Position numbers and translations under genes: made by a program. Below are positions 23,387 to 37,669 of a stretch of DNA of 64,000 bases, piece after piece. The notes below the pieces were generated by a model. That model was not told the DNA's origin, did no database searches, and saw only the letters and a list, made by a program, of their open reading frames with translations. The stretch comes from Mobula hypostoma (lineage: Eukaryota): positions 35,280,001-35,344,000 of the forward strand of contig NC_086109.1 in assembly GCF_963921235.1 (NCBI RefSeq), in the 5' to 3' direction. Numbering within the stretch: the first letter of the stretch is position 1; each line of letters opens with the position of its first letter.

Positions 23387-25806
23387 TATGGGAGATTTTA
23401 ATTTCCCAAACATCGATTGGTATCTCCCTAGAGCAAGGGGTTTAGATGGGGTGGAGTTTGTTAGGTGTGTTCAGGAAGGTTTCTTGACACAATATGTAGA
23501 TAAACCTACAAGAGGAGAGACGGTACTTGATTTGGTATTTGGAAATGAACCTGGGCAGGTGTCAGATCTCACAGTGGGAGAGCATTTTGGAGATAGTGAT
23601 CATAATTCTATCTCCTTTACAATAGCATTGGAGAAAGATAGGAACAGACAAGTTAGAAAAGCATTTAATTGGAGTAAGGGCAACTATGAAGCTATCAGGC
23701 AGGAAGTTGGAAGCTTAAACTGGGAACAGATGTTCTCAGGGAAAAGAACGGAAGAAGTGTGGCAAATGTTCAGGGGATATTTGTGTGGAGTTCTGCAAAG
23801 GTACGTTCCAATGGGACCGGGAAGTTATGGTAGGGTACAGGAACCGTGGTGTACAAAGCTGTAATAAATCTAGTCAAGAAGAAAAGAAAAGCTTACTTAA
23901 GGTTCAGAGAGTAAAGTAATGTTAGGGATTTAGAAGATTATGAGGCTAACAGGAATGAGTTTAAGAAGGAAATTAGGAGAGCCAGAACAGGCCTTGAGAA
24001 GGCCTTGGCAGGCGGGATTAAGGAAAACTCCAAGGCATTCTACAAGTATGAAAGAACAGGACCTATCAAGTGTGACAGTGGGAAAGTGTGTATGGAACTG
24101 GAGAAAATAGCAGGTGTACTTAATGAATACTGTACTTCAATATTCACTATAGAAAAGGATCTTGGTGACTGTAGTGCTGACTTGCAGCAGACTGAAAAGC
24201 TTGAGCATGTAGATATTAAGAAACAGGATGTGCTGGAACTTTTGGAAAGCATCAAGTTGTATAAGTCGCCGGGACCAGATGAGATGTACCCCAGGCTACT
24301 GTGGGAGGCGAGGGAGGAGAATGCTGAGCCTCTGGCGATGATCTTTGAATCATCAATGGGGACAGGAGAGGTTACAGAGGATTGGAGGGTTGCGGATGTT
24401 GTTCCTTTATTCAAGAAAGTGAGTAGAGATAGCCCAGGAAATTATAGACCAGTGAGTCTTACTTCAGTGGTTGGTAAGTTGATGGAGAAGATCCTGAGAG
24501 GCAGGATTTATGAACATTTGGAGAGGTATAACATGATTAGGAATAGTCAGCATGGCTTTGTGAAGGGCAGGTCATGCCTTACGAGCCTGATTGAATTTTC
24601 TGAGGATGTGACTAAACACATTGATGAAGGAAGAGCAATAGATGTACTATATATGGATTTCAGCAAGGCATTTCATAAGATACGCCATGCAAGACTTATT
24701 GAGAAAGTAAGGAGGCATGAGATACAAGGGGATATTGCTTTGTGGATCCAGAACTGGCTTGCCCACAGAAGGCAAACAGTAGGTGTAGACGGGTTATATT
24801 CTGAATGGAAGTCGGTGACCAGTGGTGTGCCTCAGGGATCTGTTCTGGGACCCTTATTCTTTGTGATTTTTATAAACGAACTGGATGAAAAAGTGGGGGG
24901 ATGGGTTAGTAAGTTTGCTGATGACACAAAGGTTGGAGGTGTTGTGGATAGTGTGGAGGACTGTCAGAGGTTACAGTGGGACATTGATAGGATGCAAAAC
25001 TGGACTGAGAAGTGGCAGATGGAGTTCAGCCCAGATAAGTGTGAGGTGGTTCATTTTGATAGGTCAAATATGATGGCAGAATATAGTATTAATGGTAAGA
25101 CTCTTGGCAGTGTGGAGGATCAAAGGGATCTTGGGGTCCGAGTCTATAGAATGCTTAAAGCAGCTGTGCAGGTTGATTCTGTGGTTAAGAAGGCGTACAG
25201 TGTATTAGCCTTCAATAATTGTGGAATTGATTTTAGGAGCCAAGAGGTAATGTTGCAGCTATATAGGACCCTGGTCAGACTCCACTCCGAGTACTGCGCT
25301 CCTTTCTGGTCGCCTCACTACAGGAAGAATGTGGAAACCATAGAAAGGGTGCAGAGGAGACTTACAAGGATGTTGCCTGGATTGGGGAGCATACCTTCTA
25401 AGAACAATTTGAGTGAACTTGGCCTTTTCTCCTTGGAGCGATGGAGGTTGAGAGGTGACCTGATAGAGGTGTATAAGATGATCGTGTGGATGGTCAGAGG
25501 CTATTTCCCAGGGCTGAAATGGTTGCCACAAGAGGACACAGGTTTAAGGTGCTGGGGATAGGTACAGAGGAGATGTCAGGGGTAAGTTTTTTTTCAGAGA
25601 GTGGTGAGGGTATGGAATGGGCTGCCGACAATGGTGGTGGAGGCGGATACGACAGGGTCTTTTAAGAAACTTTTGGATAGGTACATGGAGCTTAGAAAAA
25701 TCGAGGGCTATGGGGAAATCTAGTAATTTCTAAGGTAGGGACATGTTCGGCCCAACTTTGTGGGCCAAAGGGCCTGTATTGTGCTGTAGGTTTTCTATGT
25801 TTCTAT
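23387..25806 (+). mobile_element. 5'-truncated CR1 LINE (APE C-terminus plus RT)
   Basis: MGDFNFPNIDW, DSDHN, KSPGPD, NYRPVSLTS, GVPQGSVLGP, KFADDTK; (TTTCTATG)n tail. Confidence 0.95.
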
Positions 25807-27184
25807 TTGTTTGGGTGACACATTGCATGTCTTGGACCTTTGTATTCCTGGTGTATGTCAGTAACCTTCTGTACCATACCTACTGATGAAGGGATACAAG
25901 AAAATTCTGAATTCTCTCTTGGATATTTCTCTTCTGCCACTTCCCCTCACTCCATGCAGTTTATAGGATGTGTCTTGTGATCGCAGTTCTGCTCATCAGC
26001 ACTTCTGTGCATATTAGCTCTGTTGCCCACTTACTTCTTACTGGGTGCTTCCGGTCACTCTCCTAGCTTCGATGCTGTGCCCTTTTCATGAGATAGTTTA
26101 TCACGAGAAATGACTAGGTCATCAGGGTACGAATTAAAGACTCTGCAATGATAAACAGTGTGACAGCTTGTGCAATTGATGGACCTTTTCACCGATCAAC
26201 ATTACCTGGAAAGAGTTGAGATAAATTAAAATCATTACAATTTTAATTAAATTTACTCAGAACATGACGGTAAAGTTAGTTAAGAGTTTAACTATATAGC
26301 GCATTAAAATAAAAATAATTGTCTAAGCATATGCTTCAAGTGAAGATCACCAACATCATTCAAATGTTTGCAGTTGTGGCTGATGTTGGAGAGCAGGACA
26401 GATTCAAAAGGCATCTGTACCCTTTGCTCTGCAACTCAAATGTGCCGCTGGCCTTAATGGAGAGTCGTGTGGCAGAAGGTCTTCTGCACCTTAACTAGCC
26501 AGTTCCCTATAGACTGCTGGTTAAGATGGCGCCAATCTGTGGTCTCTGTTGAGATCATGACTCAGACTTGGTTGTTTTTTTAAGCTCTTAGAAATGGTTT
26601 GGGGGCACGGAAAGAGGAGTTAGGGGTCTGGTTAGCTTTCAGGGACAGTGACGTGGTGGCGATAGAGATCAGATTGGGGTTTAGGAACAGGGATGTGGAG
26701 GAGTTAGAGTTCAGGCCACCATTCAGTACTTGAAGTCCACCACAGGACATCTGGATTCTAGGCCTCCCCTGTGTGCTCAAAGTCAGGAGGTGGGCGGGTG
26801 ACAAAGGCCATCTATGGATGTCAGGCTGTTCCAGGACAGTGGGTTCCAGAATCATATGTTTCTGCAAGGAGGAGGCACAAGGGCTGGTGAGGTGACATGC
26901 CCAGAGTTCAGGGTCCTGTCATCAGCTAGTCCAGTTGACGATATCAAAGCCCAAATGTTGATCAGGTGTGGAAGTTGAAGCTGATGGCTGAAGCTTGGAG
27001 AATAGAGGTCTGAAGATCTGTTCTGAACTTGGAGGAGTGTCTATGTGTGTAGATGAGTGGGAAGCAAACAGCGTACATAGAGGAAGTAGAGGGGCTTGTA
27101 GAATGGTGCAAGCACAACACCTTGAGCCTCAACATGGACAGGACTGAACAGATGAGTGTGGACTTTAGGATAGGGTAATCATAG

Positions 27185-28135
27185 ATGGCTGACAAGTGAA
27201 GCAAAAGACAACATAACAGAAAAAGTGAGAGGCATAAAATATTGCCAAAATTAGCAGAAGCTAGAAAATTGGAAGCTTTTAAAAACCAACAGAAGGCAAT
27301 TTTAAAAAAAAAGCAATAAAGGAGAGAAAAGATAAAATACGAAGGCAGGTTCATCAGCAGGATACCAATCTTTTTTAGACATATAGAGAACAAAAGAGAG
27401 GCAAGTGTGCTCATCAAACTGTTGGAAAATGACACCAGAGAAGTAGTAATAGGGAAAAAAGAAATTGTAGACAAACTGAATAAGTATTTTACATCAATCT
27501 TCACTGAGGAAGATACCAGCAACATGGCAGAAATTTAAAAGAATGAGAGGGCAGAAGTGAGTGTCAGAAGCTGAAAGATCTGAAAAATGATAAGTCACCT
27601 GCACCAGATGGACTACACCCCATAGTTCCGAAAGAGGTAGCTGAAGAGATTATGAAGGCATTAGTAATGATCTTTCAAGAATCACTAGAGTCAGGAATGG
27701 TTGCTAAGGACTGGAAAACTGAAAATGTCACTACTGTTTAAGGGAGAGATGCAAAAGGTAGGAAATCATAGGCCAGTGAGCCTGTCTTCAGTAGTTGGCA
27801 AGATTTGAGTTCATTGTCAAAGAAGAAATTTTAAGATACTTGGAAGCACCTGATTAAATAGGCTGAAGACAGCATGATTTACTTAGGAGAAATCTTGCCT
27901 GACAAATCTTTTGGAACTTTGAGGAACTAACAAGCAGGATAGACAAAAGAGAGACAGTGGACACTGTTTATTTAGATTTTAAGAAGGTTTTTACCATGGA
28001 AAAAATATTGGCTGACTGGCTGAAGGCAAAGAGTGGGAATAAATGGGGCCTTTTCTGATTGGATGTCAGGAACCAGTCGCCTGCCAGTGACTAGTTATGT
28101 TTTACAGAGGTCAATGTTTGGTCCACTACATTTCA
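27185..28135 (+). mobile_element. Degenerate CR1 ORF2 fragment
   Basis: DKSPAPDGLHP, aggccagtgagcctg (RPVSL) and YLDFKK remnants. Confidence 0.75.
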
Positions 28136-28179
28136 CATTCAAAGTTCAAAGTAAATTTTGTTATCAAAATACATACTGT

Positions 28180-28735
28180 TATCCAGACAAATTGCATCTC
28201 CATCTGGTATGACAGCAGTCGAGCATCGAACCAGAAGTTCCTACAAAGGTCTATGAGAACAGCTGAGAGGATCATCTGGGATATTTATCAGGCATGCAGC
28301 ACACAGGGCTCTTAGTATTATTAATGATTCCACACATCCATCCAGCATCCTCTTTGACTTTCTACCATCAGGCAGGAGACTATGATGCATAAAAACAAGA
28401 ATGGTTAGAATGAGAAGCAGTTTCATCCACCTGGCCATTAAGCTTCTGAACTCACTGCTGCATTGTGTTTGAAGCGTCATTGCTTAATCTGTTCCATACC
28501 TTACAATATTTAATATTAATGCACTTTAGTTTGTTATTTATGTGTGATTCATCTGTAGATTTTAACTGTACCTTCTGTACCCAAGTTATTGTGTGCTACA
28601 TGTGTTATATTAACTACTGTGTTTTACACCCTGGTTCAAAAAAACATTGTTTCATTTCTAAATGTATTATATGGTTATATACATTATATACATATATAGA
28701 GTTAAATGACGATAAACTTGACATGACTTGACTTT
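28180..28735 (+). mobile_element. Rex1-like LINE 3' end
   Basis: CISIWY, LQRSMRTAERII and LPSGRRL-type motifs; (ACTTG)n tail. Confidence 0.7.
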
Positions 28736-28740
28736 ATATA

Positions 28741-29385
28741 TTAGATTATGAGGACACGCAGTCCTCTTTCATTGTCATTTAGTAATGCATTCATTAAGAA
28801 ATGATACAATGTTTCTCCAGAAAAAATCACAGAAACACACGACAAACCGACTGAAAAACTGACAAAAACCACATAATTATAACATATAGTTACAACAGTG
28901 CAAAACAATATCGTAATTTGATAAAGAACAGACCATGGCATGGTAAAAAGTCTCAGGATCTCTCGAAAGTCCCATCATCTCACGCAGACGGTGAACCTCC
29001 AGCGCCACAAACTTGCCGATGCAGCATCCTGGAAGCATCTGACCACAGTCCAACTCCAAGTCCGTCCGAAAACTCCGAGCCTCCGACCAGCTCTCCGACA
29101 CCGAGCGCCGAGCACCATCTCTGCTGAGCGCTTTGACCCCGGCCCCGGCAACAGGCAGTAGGCAAACCCGAGGATTTGGGGCCTTCCCCTCCAGAGATTC
29201 TCGATTGCACAGTAGCAGTGGCAGCAAAGCGGGCATTTCAGAAGTTTCTCCAGGTGTTCCTCCGTGCTTTTCAAGGCTGTCTCCATCAAATCAGGATTGT
29301 GCACGGCCCGTTAGTTAACACATACAATATCATTCGGAATTGCCATGCGCACTGCGACACGACGCCATCTTCTCCTCCCTCCTCC
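28741..29385 (-). mobile_element. About 640-bp non-coding retroposon with a GC/CpG-rich body and a LINE-like tail
   Basis: Minus-strand 5' end ggagaagatggcgtcg; 3' ~200 bp shared with the insert at 4608-4824; imperfect TSD cttgactttata / cttgaccatata. Confidence 0.65.
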
Positions 29386-29399
29386 TTGACCATATAACA

Positions 29400-30810
29400 G
29401 ACCTGAGGTTGATTTCCTTGTGAGCATTCACAATAAATACAGGAAACACAATAGAACCAATGAAAGATCACATCCAACAGGATGGACAAACAACCAATGT
29501 GCAAAAGACAATAAACCGTGCAAATACAAATAAATAAATACATAAGGATGTAAGTAAAGTAAGCAATAAACAGAGAACATGAGATGAAGAGTCCTTGAAA
29601 GTGAGTCCCCTCCGCAGATTTTGGGAACAGTTCAGTGATGGGCCGAGTGAAGTTTAGTTATTCCAACTGGTTCAAGAGCCTGATGGTTGAGAAGTAATAG
29701 CTGTTCCTGAACCTGGTGCTCTGAGACCTGAAGCTCCAGTACCTTCTTTGTGATGGCAGCAGTGAGAAGAAAGCAAGGCCTGGATGGTGAGGCCTTGATG
29801 ATGGATGCTGCTTCCCTGCAACAGTCTCCATGTAGGTGAGATCAATGGTGGGAAGTGTTTTACCTGTGATGGATTGGCCGTATCCACTACTGTTCAATTC
29901 AAGGTCATTGGTGTTTACATACGAGGCCATGACGCAACCAGTCAATGTACTCTCTGCCACACATCTATAGAAGTTTGTCAAAGTTTTAAATGATATGCCG
30001 AATCTTCACAAACCTCTACTTTCTTAGAGCTGCTATCGTGCTTTCTTCATAATGGTGCTTACGTGCTGGACCCAGGACAGATCCTCAGAAAAGATAACAC
30101 CAAGGAATTTAAAGTTGCTGACCCTCTCCACGTCTGATCCTCCAATAAAGACTGGCTCATGGATTTCCAGTTTCTTCCTTCTAAAGTCAATAATCAGCTC
30201 CCTGTTCCTATTGACATCGAGTGAGAGATTGTTATCGTCGCACCACTCAGTCAGATTTTCGACCTCCCACCACTATGTTGTTTGTCATAACTTTTGATTC
30301 AGCCAGCTTCAGTTGTGCAGACTTAAATATGGCATTGGAGCTGTGCTTAGCATCACAGTCATGTATAAAGTGAGTACTGCATAGAGCAGGGGGCTAAACA
30401 CACAGCCTTGTGGTGCACCTATGCTGATGGAGACTGTAGAGAAGAAATTGTTGCCAATTGAACTGACTGGGGTCTAGAAATGAGGAAATCAAAGACGCAG
30501 TTGCACAAGGAGGTATTGAGGCCTAGGTCTTGAAGCTTATTAATTAGTTTTGAGGGGATGATAGTAATCAATGCCAAGCTATAGTCAATGAAGAGCATCC
30601 CGATGGATGCATCTTCACTGTCCAGATGTTCCAGAGTTGAGTGAAGAGCCAATCGAATGGCATCTGCTGTGATGGTAGGCAAACTGGAGCGTATCCAACT
30701 CACTTCTCAGTCAGAAGTTGATGCGTTTCATCACAACCTCTCAAAGCACTTAATCACAGTGGATGTAAGTGCTAATGGACAATTGTGATTGAGGCAGATC
30801 ACCATATTCT
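29400..30810 (-). mobile_element. Degenerate Rex1/Babar-like LINE
   Basis: [45 protein letters not shown]. Confidence 0.82.
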
Positions 30811-31599
30811 TCAGAAAAGTAAAGTAAGCTTTAGATCTCTGGCTAATGAGCGGAAGAATGGGAGCAAGGGCATTGCCCCACCAGGAGTTGGCACAGACTT
30901 GAGAACCCAATTTTCATCTTGTGTTCCATTAACTATTCAGAGATAGTTTGTATTTTACTTGACAATTCATTTAAATTACATACTGTATATTTAATTCTTT
31001 TCCCAAATGTTTGGAAGTGCTTCTAAGTAGTTAATTTTTTACATTTTATATTTTAATTTTTTGTTAGTATTTCTATTTTTAGTAGCGCATGAGTGATTTT
31101 CAATGTTTATACATATGAAACATTTTCACAACCCATCAACACCAGTGACAGTTATGACAGCCAAAGCCTGAGGTGAGAACTGCTGTGTGTAAATGTTAGC
31201 CTCGTCTTCCTTCATTTGCTTGAGGCATTAATCATAGAAGGTAAAATTTAAAGCTGGTATTGTGGTTTAGCTGTCTGTTATAGAGGCTACCTGACTGATT
31301 CTGCTGCTGGGCAGCAAGTAGAAATCTACACTGTATGACAGCAATGTGCATCTACTGCAGTGCACCAATCCACAAGCACTGACTGATAGATTCTTTCCTG
31401 TCCCTTCTCAGTCCCGATGCAATGCCTCAGACTGAAATTTCCCTTTGTACGTTTTGCCACTGCAAATGCTGGTTGACCTGCTGAGTTCATGCTCCATTCC
31501 ATTTTGTGTTCTGGATTGCAGCATCTGCAGCATTTTTTTTTGGTCTTTAATATATTTCACTTACCTCTGTTCCTGGATATACCCAAATAGTGTCCACAA

Positions 31600-33720
31600 A
31601 ACCCTGGGATTGAAGAGCTGGTTTAGGCCATTTGGATGATCTGGACTGCTCAGCCATTCAATTATGGCTGATTTTTTTTTCAACACCATTCCCCCCAAAC
31701 CCTCAACTCCTTTAGTAATCAAGAACCTATCAATCTCTGCCTTAAATAAACCAATATCTTGCCCTCCACAGTATTCTGTGGCAACAAATTCCATTGATTT
31801 ACCAGCTTCTATTTGAATAAATTCCTACTCATCTCAGTTCTCACTGACATAAGAGAATTGTGTCAATATGGGGCATTAGCTTCATAGCAAATTGCTTGTT
31901 TGTGAATCAAACATTCACTTCAGCACACCATGGTTGGTGTCCAAGACCGAAGAAATTGAAACATGACGCTGGCAAATCTTTATTAGCAGAACCTCCCATA
32001 GCCATAAACTGGGTAACCATGAGGGGCTGGATTGAAATTTCGGCTGGATCGAAGCGGCAGGGCTTGGGACTGCAATCTGAAAATGAACCAATGTTTAGCC
32101 AATTTAAATGCTGAACTAGATTAAAAAGATCATGGCATCAAAGCAGAAGATGGACAAATCGTTGTTCAGCTCATTACTCGTAGAGGTTTTACTCGCTTCA
32201 GCACTGAACTGGCTCCATTGCTGTGGCCTGCAGCCACAGGGCTCCTGACTGGCTGCAGCATTCTTCTAAACCTCAGTGAGTACAGGACGAGAGTCATTAA
32301 ATGCTCCTCATAATTAATCCTTTCATTCTTGGAATCATTCTTATGAATATCCTCCGGACCCTCTCTAATGCCAGCATATGATTTCTTGGATATGGGGCCC
32401 AAAACTACTTACAATGCACCAAGTGTGGTCTGACAAATGCCTTTTAAAGCTGCAGCATTATGTCATTGCTTTTGTATTCTAGTCCTCTCAAAATGAATTC
32501 TATCATTGCTTTTGCCTTCTTTACCATTGACTCAACCTGTAACCTTTAGGGAACCCTACACAAGGACTCCAAGTCCCTTTGCATCTCTGATTTTTCAATT
32601 TTCTCCCCATTTGCAGTAGAAACTACTCTATGCCTTTACTCCCTCTATCAAAACGTATGGCCATACAACGCATACACTATATTCCATCTGCCAATTCTTT
32701 GCCCACTCCCCCAATCTAAGTCCATCTGCAGACTCCCTGCTTCTTCAACATTACCTGCCCCTCCACCTATCTTCGTATCATCATATCATCCACAAACTTG
32801 GCCACAAAACTATCAATTCCATCATCCACATCATTGACGTATTTCACTGATCCCTGTGGAACACAACTAGTCACCACAGCCAACCGGGAAAGGCCCCTTT
32901 ATTCCCAAACTTTGCCTCCTGCCATTAGCATCTTTCTTGTAATACCATGGGCTCTCATGTTGTTAAGTGGCCTCTTGTGCAGCACCTTGTCAAAGGCCTT
33001 CTGAACAACATCCACTAATTCTCTTTTGTCTATACTGCCTGTTATTTCCTCAATGAATTCCAACGTATTTGTCAGGCTAGCTTTCTCCTTAAGGAAACCC
33101 TGTTGTATTTGGCCTACTTTATCAGGTGCCTCCAAGTAACCTGAAACTTCATCTTTAATCATGGACTCCAAAATCCTCCAAACCATTGAAATCAGGCTAA
33201 CTATCCAATAATTTTCTTTCTTCTGCCTTTGCTCCTCCTTAAAGAGTGGAGTGACATTTGCAGTTTCCACTGGAACCATTCCAGAATCTCGTGATCCATG
33301 AAAGATCATTACTAATGCCCCCACAATCTCTTTGGCTACCTCTTTCAGAACACTGGGGTGTAGTCTATCTGGTCTAGGTGACTTATCTACCTTCAGATCT
33401 TTCATCTTCTCAAGCACCTTCTACTTCCCTGTAGGACTATTTCCCTGTAGCTCCTCTCTGTTACCTCTGCATTCTTCTTCTTCTGAATGTTCTGAAAGTC
33501 ATCAATCTGCAGCTCCAGTTCCTTAACACAGTCTCTAAGGAGCTGCAGCCCAATGCAGTTCATGTAGATGTAGTTATCAGGGAGACTGGAGGTCTTCTAG
33601 AGTTCCCACATCTCACACGTAGAACATAACGCTAACTCTGGACCCATTCTTATCACACTAGCTATGTACCAAGAGACAAACAGAGAAAAAATAAACTTAT
33701 TAGAAGCTTACCTGAAGCCT
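31600..33720 (-). mobile_element. CR1 fragments (3' end, RT and ORF1 remnants) with an intervening non-CR1 segment
   Basis: LKVDKSPRPDRLHPSVLKE, KAFDKVLH, FKAEIDRFL. Confidence 0.78.
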
Positions 33721-33847
33721 CCACCTGTGCTTGCCCGAGCATGTTCTCACCAAATCATTGAGCCAAAATCTCTAAACTCCAGCAATTTCTGCTCTGCTTA
33801 CACCTACCTTCCATCTATTAGCTCAAATAAATCTCGTTCCTGATGAG

Positions 33848-34056
33848 ACATTCTTTTCAATTGTTTCCACATTGCAACAATGCGTCTCTCTCTCACTTGT
33901 TACTTCAAATTATGACTCCTGACACAGGAGCCATTGTGTTGCAATGATGTCTCTCTCTCGCTACTTCAAATGATGATACACACCCAACAAGACTGGTTCT
34001 TTTCAATTGACTCCTGCTTTGCAATGATGTCTCTCTCTTGCTACTTCAAATTATGG
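33848..34056. repeat. Three imperfect tandem copies of a unit with core caatgatgtctctctct..ctacttcaaatta/gatg
   Basis: Core recurs at about 33878, 33942 and 34022; ttcttttcaattg recurs at 33851 and 33997. Confidence 0.65.
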
Positions 34057-35745
34057 TGTACATACTTTGATAATAATTGAACTTCGAACAAGGCAGCTGT
34101 TGGATGGCAGCCCCTCACATCAATGATATGTATCATTGTAACTGGAAAACCTCTCTATTTCTTTCCATTCATAGATTTTTTTATATACCTGGTGACTGTT
34201 TACTTGATGGCATATACATGGCCTGAACCTTCTCAAAGAAAGCACAAAATAAACAAAGGTGGCTGGACAAATAGCAAAGCTAGTTAAGAGCCTCAAACTA
34301 TGGTTAAAATAAACAGCTACAAATTGGAGTCAGATTCCAGGTAACCAGGTAGTATAGATGTTGGTCTTATTTACTGTATAACCAGGTTGTAAGTAAGTAG
34401 CCATAGATGTTGGTGAGCATTATTACAGGCATATTCTGAAACTTTGCAGTGCTGTTGGTTGAGGTTCTCTGCAGCAAATGTAATTACTATGCCTTGGACA
34501 TTGAATGCGGTAAGACACTATTGTGCTTTTCTGTGCTTTTCTCTTTGTGTGCTGCAGAGTTCAAAGAGGAAAATGGATTTTCAGAAACTGAGCCAATTTA
34601 AAGTGATAACAGACGTTGGAGAGAAGGTGGAGAGTTAGAGCCCTGATCAAGGCTGAATGTGGTAGGATTTGTTGCGGTGTTAGGGGCACAGGTGTGTGGA
34701 GTTCAGTGTGGTGTTTGGAACCTGGAGAGAGGTTGCTCCATTAGAGTAGACAGGGGTTAGGTGGAAATCAGATGAGTTGTACTATTGGAACGCTGGAAGC
34801 GTAGACAATCAGAAATACAGGGGATTTAGATGATTACAAGTTAAGGCCCAGGGCAATTAACAGGTAGATGCTGGGAAGAGGGTGGGTGATGGGAGAGAAA
34901 GGAAGAGTGAAGGGATCAATGCTGTGAGAGTGAAAAGCAAGAAGGAGAATGTAGGTCACCTTATTGGGCTGCACTTTGAAAATGTGGTTTTCCTTAGACT
35001 GATCAATGATCATCACTTTCTGGACAATGTGGAGTAATTTCTCTGAATTGCTCAATAAGGAATGTTGTGTCAGGTGTAATATCACTTGGCTTAGAATGAC
35101 AGCAGACACTTCCACCCAGCCAATACCTGATCACATTTCTGAAGCAACTGAGCACAATCAAAAAAAATTCATTATTGCAGCTTCAAAGTGCATTTTTAAT
35201 TGCACAGCATGAAAATAAACAAAACTGCATGATCAGCTCTCTAGATCATAGAATTCCTGATCCAATCATATGAATGAATTAAACAGCCCACTGAATGGTC
35301 AATTTGAATTAGCTGAATGAAGACAAGTGGGAAGGAGAGTGTGCCATGCTGCCTGCCTGCCTGTTACTTGCAAGTCGACAAACTGAGACTCTGCTGTTCT
35401 TGGAGAGCCAACAGTTTATATGCTGGAATACTATGGGCAGCTTGGAGGACTCTCATTTGCACTGCATTTTATATTTCATGAGTCTCAGCATATGCAGCAA
35501 GTTTCTAAACAGTTTGTTTCTGAATAGGATAAACTCATGAAGAACTGAGACACTGAATCACAAAACCTTTTCTGTTGCTGTAAAATCAATTTTTTTCATG
35601 ATGTAATGAATACTGGATGGGACCTTCCTCAGATCAGCAAGTTTCCATATTTACTTACAACATCTTCATCAGGCCCATTCAATTTATGCCAGCTCAAAGT
35701 AATTCCATACCTCTATTTAATTGCCCCACCTCAACTTGGTAATTT

Positions 35746-36659
35746 AGTCATAGTCGTAGTCATACTTTATTGATCCCGGGGGAAATCGGTTTTCGTTACA
35801 GTTGCACCATAAATAATAAATAGTAATAGTACCATAAATAGTTAAATAGTAATATGTAAATTATGCCAGTAAATTATGAAATAAGTCCAGGACAAGCCTA
35901 TTGGCTCAGGGTGTCTGACCCTCCAAGGGAGGAGTTGTAAAGTTTGATGGCCACAGGCAGGAATGACTTCCTATGACGCTCAGTGCTGCATCTCGGTGGA
36001 ATGAGTCTCTGGCTGAGTGTACTCCTGTGCCCACCCAGTACATTATGTAGTGGATGGGAGACATTGATCAAGATGGCATGCAACTTAGACAGCATCCTCT
36101 TTTCAGACACCACCGTGAGAGAGTGCAGTTCCATCCCCACAACATCACTGGCCTTATGAATGAGTTTGTTGATTCTGTTGGTGTCTACTACCCTCAGCCT
36201 GCTGCCCCAGCACACAACAGCAAACACGAGAACACTGGCCACCACAGACTCGTAGAACATCCTCAGCATTGTCCGGCGGATGTTAAAGGACCTCAGTCTC
36301 CTCAGGAAATAGAGACGGCTCTGACCCTTCTTGTAGACAGCCTCAGTGTTCTTTGACCAGTCCAGTTTATTGTTAATTTGTATCCCCAGGTACTTGTAAT
36401 CCTCCACTATGTCCACACTGACCCCCTGGATGGAAACAGGGGTCACCGGTACCTTAGCTCTCCTCAGGCCTACCACCAGCTCCTTAGTCTTTTTCACATT
36501 AAGCTGCAGATAATTCTGCTCACACCATGTGACAAAGTTTCCTACCGTAGCCCTGTGCTTAGCCTCATCTCCCTTGCTGATGCATCCAACTATGGCAGAG
36601 TCATCCAAAAACTTCTGAAGATGACAAGACTCTGTGCAGTAGTTGAAGTCTGAGGTGTA
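35746..36659 (-). mobile_element. Young 5'-truncated Rex1/Babar-like LINE
   Basis: Uninterrupted 236-aa frame DDSAIVG...LNVKKTKELVV...YKYLG...RLYFLRRL; (TATGAC)n tail. Confidence 0.9.
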
Positions 36660-37351
36660 AAAGCAGCTGTCACTGTAACAGCAGATCCACTAGCTCTGCC
36701 AATGTGCTGCCCCCACTTCTTCCAGTGGGATTCTGGGACATTCCAAATGACCAGCTGGAGACGACATCCTAGAACAGACCTCATGAAGAACGATTTGCCA
36801 GATGCAGTCCCTCCGCTAATCTTAACGAGTTCTGCAAATCTTTGAATTCCACAAGCATTCAATAGCTAAGATTTATTAAAAGATTAAAAATACATTCTAA
36901 ACAATTAATACATTAACATTTTAGATAAGTTAACATTTGATTCAGACTTCTTCCAATTTATTTTCCCCATTGATTTCACTGACTTGCAGCAGGTTAACAT
37001 GGTGCATTGTCAACCGGCAGGTTTTCTAGCCTAAGAACTGCAAGCTGTTTGGGAGTCTCTGCTAACTTACTGAACTCCATGAACAGACCATTAGTATAGT
37101 ATCTAAACCAGGGCTGGTTGTTTAAACAAGTAAGCTGCAACAATCCACTTGGAGGGACTCCTGTACTTTGGTCCTGTTGTAGGGTTTCAGCTCAAAATGT
37201 TGACAATTCCTGCCTCCTCAGATGATGATGCTTATCTCACCAGTTCCTCCAGCAGATTGTTTTTTTTTGCTACAGGTACCAGCATCTACGGTCTCTGGAA
37301 CCTCTGAGTTTCTGCTCAGTTAAGTGTCTGAAAGCACAAGAGTTCCAGAGA

Positions 37352-37576
37352 CGCAAACACAAGGAAATCTGCAGATGCTGGAAATGCAAGCAACACACAC
37401 AAAGTGCTGGTGGAACGCAGTAGACCAAGCAATAACTATAGGAAGAGGTACAGTCAACGTTTCGGGCTGAGACTCTTCATCAGGACGAAGGGTTCCGGCC
37501 CAAAACGTTGACTGTACCTCTTCCTATCGATGCTGTCTGGCCTGCTACATTCCAGCAGCATTTTGTGTGTGTTGTT
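37352..37576 (-). mobile_element. Miniature PLE hairpin insertion
   Basis: 13-bp TSD AGAGTTCCAGAGA (37339-37351 and 37577-37589); inverted arms meeting at the hammerhead core; ~38-nt unpaired tail. Confidence 0.88.
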
Positions 37577-37669
37577 AGAGTTCCAGAGAGATGGGATTCC
37601 TAACATTTCAGCTAAAAACTTTCAGTTTCTTCTTTGGACTGTGGAATTTTTGCTGGAATTCCAGCAAAT

